Assembly (NCBI GenBank): GCA_009691105.1
Contig: SHVU01000001.1
Coordinates: 22,882-86,881, forward strand
Reading direction: 5' to 3'
Source of the DNA: Rhodospirillales bacterium
Lineage (GTDB): Bacteria; Pseudomonadota; Alphaproteobacteria; Rhodospirillales; SHVU01
DNA length: 64,000 nt
In this document: in pieces, positions 56,929 to 64,000 of the stretch
Layout of the letters: every line of letters begins with the position of its first letter
Position numbering within the stretch: position 1 is the first letter of the stretch
The notes under the pieces: model-generated
Databases searched by the model: none
Told to the model about the DNA's origin: nothing
The model's input: the letters and a program-made list of their open reading frames with translations, nothing else
Made by a program: the position numbers and the translations under genes

Positions 56929-59721
56929 TTGCGTCGCGCGGCCTTGGAGGCCCGAAACTTGAATAGCGTCGCTGAACAACCGGTCGCCGTCGACCGCGCC
57001 AAGCTTGCCCAGGCGCTGGCGGCGCTCGCCTCCGAAGACGGCTCGATCCGCGCTGACGACGCGCGGCCGCTCGCCATTCTGAAGGCGGTGCTGGACGACG
57101 GCCGGGCGTCGATCCGCCAACGTTTTGAGACTGGCGAAGCCAACGGCACGATGACGGCGCGGGCGACGTCGGTGTTGCTCGACGCGATCGTCGGCGAGTT
57201 GTTCGCATTCGCGTCGGCCCGGGCCTATCCGCTGGGCCGCCCGACCACTGGCGACAAATTGGCGGTCGTCGCCACCGGCGGCTTCGGTCGCGGCGAGCTT
57301 GCGCCCTATTCCGATCTCGATCTGATGTTTCTGTTTCCCTACAAGCTGACGCCGCGCAGCGAGCAGCTTGTCGAATACGGGCTCTACCGGCTGTGGGATC
57401 TCGGCCTCAAGGTCGGGCCGGCGACGCGATCGGTCGACGAAGCGATCCGTCTGGCCAAGGACGACATCACGGTTCGTACCAGTCTTCTCGAGACCCGTTT
57501 CGTGGTCGGCGAGCTGGATCTATACACGCGCTTCCGCGACCGGTTCGTTGCCGATGTCGTTACCGGCTCCGGTCCCGATTTCGTTCGCGCCAAACTCGCC
57601 GAACGCGATCGCCGTCACGCCAGCCTTGGCGATACGCGCTATCTGCTCGAGCCCAACATCAAGGAAGGCAAAGGCGGCTTGCGCGATCTGCAGACGCTCT
57701 TTTGGATCGCGAAATATCTCTATCGCGTCGGCGATGCGGCCTCCCTTGTCGATCTCGGCGTGTTTACGCGCGCCGACGCCCGGCGCTTCGCCAAGGCCGA
57801 GAATTTTCTCTGGGCGGTGCGCATTTTTCTCCACTACCTCGCCGAGCGGCCGGAAGAACGGCTGACCTTCGATTCGCAGATCGGACTGGCGCCGCGCCTC
57901 GGCTATACCGATCACGCCGGCACCAAAGGCGTGCAGCGCTTCATGAAGCACTACTATCTGGTGGCGAAAGACGTCGGCGATCTGACCCGTAATCTCTGCG
58001 CGGTTCTCGAAGCTTGCCACGTCGCCGAACCGATGCAGGCCGAGCAAGCGACAGCAGTGCGGCCCGAACCACCGTTTCGCCTCGAAGGCGGCCGGCTCGC
58101 GGTCGAGACGAACGACGCCTTTTCCGACGATCCGGTGCGTCTGATCCGCCTCTATCACGAGGCCGACCGTCTCGGCGTCGCCATTCATCCGCGGACCATT
58201 CGCCTGGTCATCCAGAATCTCGATCGCGTCGACGGCGAACTGCGCGCCAACCCAGACGCCAACCAGTTCTTCGTCGATCTGCTGACCTCAAGCCGCTCGC
58301 CCGACACCGCGTTGAAGCGCATGAACGAATCTGGTGTGCTCGGCCGGTTCATCCCGCCCTTCGGCCGCGTCGTCGCCCAGATGCAGTACGACATGTTCCA
58401 CGTCTACACCGTCGACGAGCACACGATCCGCGCCATCGGCCACTTGAGCCAGATCGAAAAAGGTCTGTTGAAGGATGAGCTGCCGGTGTCGACGGCGGCG
58501 GCACGCGAGGTCCGTTCGCGCCGCGCGTTATATCTGGCTCTTCTTCTGCACGATGTCGCCAAGGGCCGGGGCGGCGAACATTCCAGCCTCGGCGCCGAGA
58601 TCGGCGAGCGCATGGCCCGGCGGCTCGGTCTCGATGATTGGGAAGCCGACACGGTCAGCTGGCTGGTGCGCCATCACCTGGTGATGACCGCCACAGCCTT
58701 CAAACGCGACATCGACGATCCGAAAACCATCGCCGACTTCGTCGCCTTGGTCCAATCGCCGGAGCGCCTGCGATTGCTGCTGCTTCTGACCGTGGCCGAT
58801 GTCCGCGCCGTCGGGCCGGGGATTTGGAACAACTGGAAAGCGACATTGCTGCGCGAGCTGTTCCATCGCTCCTTGGAAGCGATGGCCGGTGAAAGCCACG
58901 AGGCCGGTCGCGCCGGACGCGTCGACACCGCGAAGCAGGCCTTGGCGGCGCGGCTCGCCGATTGGCCGAGCCCAGACATCGTGACGCATCTCGATCGCGG
59001 CACGCCCGCCTATTGGCTGGGCTTCGACGTCGGGGCCCTGGAACGCCACGCCCGCTTCATCCGTTCGGCCGGCGACGGCACGCAGCTCGCTCGGGTCGAG
59101 ACGCGGCCGGAGCCCGAACGCGGCGTGACCGAAGTCGTCGTCTACGCGCCCGACCGCGCCGGCCTCTTTGCTGAGATTGCCGGCGCCATCTCGCTCTCCG
59201 ACGCCTCGATCGTCGATGCCAAGATCACGACCTTGGCCAACGGCATGGCCCTCAACAGCTTCTCGGTTCAAGGCGCGCAAGGCGGCGCGTTCGAATCCGC
59301 GGACCGTCTCGCCAAGCTGGCGCGCCGTATCGAAGCGACCCTCGGTGGCGGCCTCGCCATTGCCCGCGAAGTCGCGGCGGTGCGGCGCCGCTGGCTGGCA
59401 GCGCCGTCGCGGGCCTTCCGCATCACGCCGGTGGTGCTGATCGACAACGGCGCCAGCGCCGAATCGACGGTGATCGAGGTCCAGGGTCGGGACCGTCCGG
59501 GCTTTCTCCACGACGTCACCGCGGCCCTAACCGCCCTCGGCCTCCATATCTCCTCGGCTCACATCTCGACGTATGGCGGTCACGTCGTCGACGTTTTCTA
59601 TGTGCGCGACGTCTTCGGCTTGAAGATCGAATCGCCGGATCGGTTGGAACGGGTGCGCGAACGGCTTCTCGCCGCGGTCGACGCTGCGACCGATACGGCC
59701 TCGGCGGCAACGGTGGCGTAA
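56929..59721 (+). CDS. glnD: [protein-PII] uridylyltransferase / uridylyl-removing enzyme
   Basis: 930 aa. Nucleotidyltransferase (GGFGRGELAPYSDLDLMFL), HD domain (LLLHDVAKG), two ACT domains. TTG start, uncertain. Confidence 0.95.
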   Translation: MRRAALEARNLNSVAEQPVAVDRAKLAQALAALASEDGSIRADDARPLAILKAVLDDGRASIRQRFETGEANGTMTARATSVLLDAIVGELFAFASARAYPLGRPTTGDKLAVVATGGFGRGELAPYSDLDLMFLFPYKLTPRSEQLVEYGLYRLWDLGLKVGPATRSVDEAIRLAKDDITVRTSLLETRFVVGELDLYTRFRDRFVADVVTGSGPDFVRAKLAERDRRHASLGDTRYLLEPNIKEGKGGLRDLQTLFWIAKYLYRVGDAASLVDLGVFTRADARRFAKAENFLWAVRIFLHYLAERPEERLTFDSQIGLAPRLGYTDHAGTKGVQRFMKHYYLVAKDVGDLTRNLCAVLEACHVAEPMQAEQATAVRPEPPFRLEGGRLAVETNDAFSDDPVRLIRLYHEADRLGVAIHPRTIRLVIQNLDRVDGELRANPDANQFFVDLLTSSRSPDTALKRMNESGVLGRFIPPFGRVVAQMQYDMFHVYTVDEHTIRAIGHLSQIEKGLLKDELPVSTAAAREVRSRRALYLALLLHDVAKGRGGEHSSLGAEIGERMARRLGLDDWEADTVSWLVRHHLVMTATAFKRDIDDPKTIADFVALVQSPERLRLLLLLTVADVRAVGPGIWNNWKATLLRELFHRSLEAMAGESHEAGRAGRVDTAKQALAARLADWPSPDIVTHLDRGTPAYWLGFDVGALERHARFIRSAGDGTQLARVETRPEPERGVTEVVVYAPDRAGLFAEIAGAISLSDASIVDAKITTLANGMALNSFSVQGAQGGAFESADRLAKLARRIEATLGGGLAIAREVAAVRRRWLAAPSRAFRITPVVLIDNGASAESTVIEVQGRDRPGFLHDVTAALTALGLHISSAHISTYGGHVVDVFYVRDVFGLKIESPDRLERVRERLLAAVDAATDTASAATVA

Positions 59722-59789
59722 CGCATGCGCGCAATACTCACGTCCCGCGACGCTCGTCGCAAATGGATAGCGGTGGCTAGCGGTCGATC

Positions 59790-61346
59790 ATGAGTCTGGT
59801 TCGCTCGGTTATGACGGTCGGCAGCTTGACGCTTGGCAGCCGCGTCTTCGGATTCGTCCGCGACATCTTGATCGCGGCGGGACTCGGCGCCGGTCCCTTG
59901 GCGGACGCGTTCTTCGTCGCCTTCCGCCTGCCCAATATGTTCCGCCGGCTGTTTGCCGAGGGCGCTTTCGCTGCTGCCTTCGTGCCGTTGTTCAACCGCT
60001 TGGCCGAGACCGAGGGTCGTGACGCCGCCGAACGGTTTGCCGAAGATGCGTTGAGCGTCTTGTTGTGGACGCTCGTTGCCGCGATCGTCCTTGGCCAGAT
60101 TGCTATGCCGGGTCTGATGATGGTTTTCGCGCCGGGATTCCTGGCTGAACCCGAGACCTTCGCCGTCGCCGTCGAGCTCAGTCGGATCACGTTTCCATAC
60201 TTGCTCTTTATCTCGCTGGTCTCGCTTTTGGGCGGCGTTCTGAATTCGCTCGGCCGGTTTGCCGCCGCCGCCGCCTCGCCGATCCTTTTAAACTTGGTGT
60301 TGATCGGCGCGATCCTGGTCGCCGCACCGTTCTTTCCAAGCCCGGCGCATGCTCTGGCCTGGGGCGTTGCGGTTGCCGGTGTCGTGCAGTTTGTCGGTCT
60401 TGTCGTTTCCTGCCGCTCTGCCGGATTGCCGCTGCGCCTGCGTCCGCCGCGGTTTGACGCCCATATCAAGCTGCTTCTGCGCCGCATTCTGCCGCTTGCC
60501 GTCGGCGCCGGCGTTTATCAGATCAATCTCATGATCGATGTCATCCTCGGCTCGTTCCTGCCGGCTGGTGCGATCTCGTTCCTGTATTTCGCCGACCGCG
60601 TGAACCAACTGCCCCTCGGTGTCGTCGGCGTCGCCATCGGCACGGCGTTGTTGCCGCAGCTCAGCCGCGAGATTCGCGCCGGGCGCGACGGCCACCACAG
60701 CCAAAACCGCGCCATGGAGCTGTCACTTCTTTTGGCCCTGCCGTCGTCGGTGGCGCTGGCGTTGCTCGCCCATCCGATCATTTCGATTTTGTTCGAGCGC
60801 GGCCTGTTTGGCGCTACCGAGGCGTCATTGACCGCCGATGCGCTCGCCGCATTCGCCTGGGGCCTGCCCGCCTACGTTCTCGTGAAGACGTTGTCGGCGG
60901 GATTTTTCGCCCGCGAGGACACATCGACGCCGGTCAAGATCGCGGGCGTGGCGTTGGTTGGGAATGTTGCCTTGAACCTTGCGCTGATCGGTCCGTTCCA
61001 ACACGTCGGCATTGCGGCGGCGACGGCGGCCTCCGGTTGGATCAATGCGAGTCTTCTCGGATGGATTTTGTATCGCCGCGGCCACCTGGTCTTCGACAGC
61101 CAGCTGATCGCCAGACTGCCGCGCATTGTCGCCGCGACCGTCGGCATGGCGGTGATCGTCGTCGGACTTCGTTGCGGGTTCGAAGGGATCATGGTGGGTG
61201 GGACCATAAGCCGCGCCATCGGACTTGCCGCAATCATCGCCGCCGGTGGCTTCGGCTATGTCGGCCTGGCCTTTCTCTTCAAGGCGGCGACCCGCAATGA
61301 CTTCCGAAGCCTGGGCCGACGGAAAAGCGCGACGCCGATCGCCTGA
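59790..61346 (+). CDS. murJ: lipid II flippase MurJ (MviN)
   Basis: 518 aa. SRVFGFVRDILIAAGLGAG..ADAFFVAFRLPN, multi-TM MOP superfamily. Confidence 0.95.
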   Translation: MSLVRSVMTVGSLTLGSRVFGFVRDILIAAGLGAGPLADAFFVAFRLPNMFRRLFAEGAFAAAFVPLFNRLAETEGRDAAERFAEDALSVLLWTLVAAIVLGQIAMPGLMMVFAPGFLAEPETFAVAVELSRITFPYLLFISLVSLLGGVLNSLGRFAAAAASPILLNLVLIGAILVAAPFFPSPAHALAWGVAVAGVVQFVGLVVSCRSAGLPLRLRPPRFDAHIKLLLRRILPLAVGAGVYQINLMIDVILGSFLPAGAISFLYFADRVNQLPLGVVGVAIGTALLPQLSREIRAGRDGHHSQNRAMELSLLLALPSSVALALLAHPIISILFERGLFGATEASLTADALAAFAWGLPAYVLVKTLSAGFFAREDTSTPVKIAGVALVGNVALNLALIGPFQHVGIAAATAASGWINASLLGWILYRRGHLVFDSQLIARLPRIVAATVGMAVIVVGLRCGFEGIMVGGTISRAIGLAAIIAAGGFGYVGLAFLFKAATRNDFRSLGRRKSATPIA

Positions 61347-61379
61347 CGCGGCGCGCACCTCGATCGACCCGCCGCGCGG

Positions 61380-61739
61380 CTACTGACCTGTCGGTCTCCA
61401 CATTTGGGCCTGCAGTTCGCCCTGGGCGATTTCGGCTCGGCTCATACTGCGGGCGATTCGGTCGCGGGCTTCGGCGGCCCTGGGCTCGTTTTGCCGAGCC
61501 GCTAAGGTGAACCACATATAGGCGGCTACCTTGTCGACCTGGCCGCGTTCGTGAAGAAGTCCTACGGCGACCTGGGCAACGGAATCACCGGCATTGGCAA
61601 GAGGCTGCCATTCGCGCAACGTGGCCGCATAGTCGCCACGGTTATACGCAGCCTCGCCGGTTTTGACGTCGGCGTTGGTTATGGATGGCGAAATGAGGGA
61701 AACGGAGATAACGGCAGCGACAAGCAGGCGTCTCATCAT
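61380..61739 (-). CDS. secreted Sel1-repeat (TPR-like) protein
   Basis: C-terminal 119 aa of the track ORF. Signal peptide MMRRLLVAAVISVSLISPSITNA. Sel1-like units GDSVAQVAVGLLHERGQ and AAYMWFTLAARQNEPRA. Confidence 0.7.
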   Translation of the reverse strand: MMRRLLVAAVISVSLISPSITNADVKTGEAAYNRGDYAATLREWQPLANAGDSVAQVAVGLLHERGQVDKVAAYMWFTLAARQNEPRAAEARDRIARSMSRAEIAQGELQAQMWRPTGQ

Positions 61740-61891
61740 GGAATGAGCTCCGGCGTCGGTCCGTCGACTATTATATCGACGTCCACGTGTTCCGCTATGG
61801 ACGGTTGAGGCGGATTTTCGTCGTCTTGATCTCTGAACGCCGCGCGTGGCATAGTCGCTCAAAATAAGCCGTTGGCGAATAACGCGACGGC

Positions 61892-63295
61892 ATGGAAACG
61901 TCGGACCATGCGAACGCACGCGATAACTCGTTGTATGGCCCCATTGGCCCAGGACGGCTGCGACGACGGGTGGGCGTCGTGAGCGGCGTCGACGCGCGCG
62001 TGCTGGCGCTGGCCGATGGCCATGCAAAGGCTGCGGTCGATTTCCTGTTGGAACTCGTCCGCGCCGTCGAGCACGGCGAAGACCGGGTCCAGGACTTGGT
62101 TGCCAAGCGCCTCGCGGCCGCCGGCTGCACCATCGAGAATCAGCGCTACAACCCGAAGACGGTCGTTCTCAAAGACGAATTCGCCGACGCTCAAGTTGTC
62201 GCCGACGGCGACCGCGTCAATGTCATCGGCCGGCTTGCCGGCACTGGTGGCGGCCGCAGCTTGATTCTGTTCGCCCATCCCGACGGCGAGCCGATCCAGC
62301 GCCTCGAAACCTGGTCCAAGCCGCCCTTCAAGGGCGTTCAGGAAAATGGCCGCCTCTATGGTTGGGGCGTTGCTGACGATCTCGCCGGCGTCGCCTCCGG
62401 CGTCATTGCAATTGAGTTGTTGGTCAAAGCTGGCCTGAAGCCGAAGGGCGAAGTGCTGATGGCAAGCTCGCCCAGCAAGCGTCATGCCCGCGGCGTCGTC
62501 GCGTTGCTCCAACACGGCTACAACGCCGACGGCGCGGTGTATCTACACCCGGCCGAATCCGGCGCCGGCATGCGCGATATCAAGGCGTTTTGCTCCGGCC
62601 AGGCCGAATTCCACATCGCCATCGACGGCCAGCTGCCCGACACCAACGAGCCCAACCACACTGTCTTCTATCACCGCTCGGTCAACCCCATCGACAAAGC
62701 GATGGTGATCCATCGGGCCTTGGTGGAGCTCGGCGAAGCACGCGCCAAGCGCGTTCATCATCCGCTGCTCGAAGCCGCCGTCGGCCGGTCGACGAATATC
62801 CAGGTGTCGCGAATTCGCTGCGGCGAGATGTCACGCTATGCGCGTCTTCAGCCGAACTGCGAGATGGGCGGCGCTGTGAGCTTTCCGGCCGGCGAACGCC
62901 CGGAGGCGGTTCGGGCCGAGATCGAGGCCGCCGTGGCCGCCGCCGCCAAGGCCGATCCGTGGTTGCGCGACCATCCGCCGCGCCTCAAGTGGCTGTCGTC
63001 GATCATCGGCGCTGAAGTTTCGCTCGATCACCCGCTCTACAAGATCGTCGAGAGTGCGGTTATCGCCTGCACCGGAACCGAGCCCCACGTGAATGCGCTT
63101 CACACGATTTCCGATATTCGCAATCCGATCATTCAGAAAGGCATCCCGACCGTTGCCTTCGGGTGCAAATCCGGCGACCTCACCCAAGCCGGGCAAGTCA
63201 ACGAGTGGATCGACGTCGATGACTACGTCCGCATGATCAAAGTAACGGCCGCGACCATCGCCGGATGGTGCGGCCTCGATGCGTCGCGCACGTAA
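61892..63295 (+). CDS. M20-family metallopeptidase / deacylase (ArgE/DapE-like)
   Basis: [21 protein letters not shown], dimerisation-domain insert, C-terminal ...IPTVAFG.... Confidence 0.8.
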   Translation: METSDHANARDNSLYGPIGPGRLRRRVGVVSGVDARVLALADGHAKAAVDFLLELVRAVEHGEDRVQDLVAKRLAAAGCTIENQRYNPKTVVLKDEFADAQVVADGDRVNVIGRLAGTGGGRSLILFAHPDGEPIQRLETWSKPPFKGVQENGRLYGWGVADDLAGVASGVIAIELLVKAGLKPKGEVLMASSPSKRHARGVVALLQHGYNADGAVYLHPAESGAGMRDIKAFCSGQAEFHIAIDGQLPDTNEPNHTVFYHRSVNPIDKAMVIHRALVELGEARAKRVHHPLLEAAVGRSTNIQVSRIRCGEMSRYARLQPNCEMGGAVSFPAGERPEAVRAEIEAAVAAAAKADPWLRDHPPRLKWLSSIIGAEVSLDHPLYKIVESAVIACTGTEPHVNALHTISDIRNPIIQKGIPTVAFGCKSGDLTQAGQVNEWIDVDDYVRMIKVTAATIAGWCGLDASRT

Positions 63296-63356
63296 ACCTG
63301 TCCGTCGCGATCGGTTCGGCTGAGGCTCGTCCGACCAGCCCCTTTTGTCGCTACGC

Positions 63357-63385
63357 TTGACCCACGAGGTCTTGCGCGTCATAAA
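63357..63385 (+). promoter_or_regulatory. candidate sigma-70-type promoter of trpS
   Basis: TTGACC (63357-63362), 17-nt spacer, CATAAA (63380-63385), about 55 nt upstream of the ATG. Confidence 0.3.
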
Positions 63386-63441
63386 GCCGCCCGCTTTCGC
63401 GACCGGCCCCCTGGGGGTCCAAACCCAAGGAAACCGCGCTC

Positions 63442-64000
63442 ATGAACCGTATCTTTTCGGGCGTCCAGCCGACCGGCAATCTGCATCTCGGTAATTATCT
63501 TGGCGCGATCCGCAATTGGGTCCGTCTGCAGCGCGACTACGAGTGCCTGTATTGTGTCGTCGACATGCACGCCATCACGGTCTGGCAGGACCCGGCGGCG
63601 TTGCGCGCCAGCACCCGCGAAGTCACGGCCGGCCTCGTTGCCGCCGGCCTCGATCCGGCGAAGAACATTCTGTTCAATCAAAGCCAAGTGTCGGGGCACG
63701 CCGAACTCGCCTGGATTTTCAATTGCGTGGCGCGGCTCGGCTGGCTGAACCGCATGACCCAGTTCAAGGAGAAGGCGGGCAAGCAGCGCGAGAACGCTTC
63801 GGCCGGCCTCTACGTCTATCCGAACCTCATGGCTGCCGACATTCTTCTCTACAAGGCGACGCATGTTCCGGTCGGCGAGGACCAGAAGCAGCATCTCGAG
63901 CTGGCCCGCGACATCGCCCAGAAATTCAATGGCGATTTCGGCGTCGAATTCTTTCCGCTGATCGAGCCGTTGATTCTCGGCGCCGCGACCCGGGTCATGA
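63442..64000 (+). CDS. trpS: tryptophan--tRNA ligase, N-terminal part (3' end lies off the window)
   Basis: [26 protein letters not shown] (HIGH-type motif), ...[31 protein letters not shown]... The frame is open to the window end, so it is absent from the closed-ORF track. Confidence 0.92.
   Translation, partial: MNRIFSGVQPTGNLHLGNYLGAIRNWVRLQRDYECLYCVVDMHAITVWQDPAALRASTREVTAGLVAAGLDPAKNILFNQSQVSGHAELAWIFNCVARLGWLNRMTQFKEKAGKQRENASAGLYVYPNLMAADILLYKATHVPVGEDQKQHLELARDIAQKFNGDFGVEFFPLIEPLILGAATRVM

Noticed and set aside
63379-63894. 171-aa minus-strand ORF at the right end
   Set aside because: It is antisense to the clear trpS N-terminus ([15 protein letters not shown]...), which is missing from the track only because its frame runs off the window without a stop.

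Overview
High-GC (about two-thirds G+C by eye), densely coding chromosomal segment with alphaproteobacterial gene content and order. I call about 75 CDS and no rRNA, tRNA, CRISPR array, transposase or integrase. All calls rest on reading the translations and sequence by eye; no database search, GC-skew calculation or folding was run.

Layout:
- Left end: the origin-flanking cluster rho-hemJ-hemH-hemE | DUF299(ppsR)-maf-aroE-coaE-dnaQ. The 290-bp AT-rich hemE/DUF299 gap (5416-5705) is my candidate for oriC.
- Core blocks that follow: secB-tim44-mltA, lutABC, smr-HTH, hslVU, hisBHAFE-HIT, gshB / BON / yraN / rsmI facing lpoA, hemW-rdgB-rph, hrcA-grpE, dnaKJ, dapB, nth, a cysZ-like/bactofilin/lipoprotein operon, adenosine kinase.
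- An accessory-looking stretch (about 44.2-54.1 kb): three GT9 glycosyltransferases, a secreted ankyrin protein, ampG, a macro-domain gene and several unknown secreted proteins.
- Right end: mutS-glnD-murJ, a Sel1 protein, an M20 peptidase and the 5' part of trpS.

Most notable observations:
1. The candidate origin.
2. Two independent tandem paralog pairs (aroE'/aroE and dapB'/dapB) in which the upstream copy has lost canonical substrate or catalytic residues.
3. Two tandem GT9 enzymes with a C-terminal four-cysteine motif, reminiscent of iron-containing protein heptosyltransferases.
4. A high density of disrupted genes. These are a rhodanese relic, a yifB relic with GAG->TAG, yraN with an in-frame TGA, a triple-frameshifted dsbA-like gene and a secreted-protein gene read through TAA and TAG.
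5. A DUF1848 gene with a radical-SAM-type cysteine motif wedged between grpE and dnaK.
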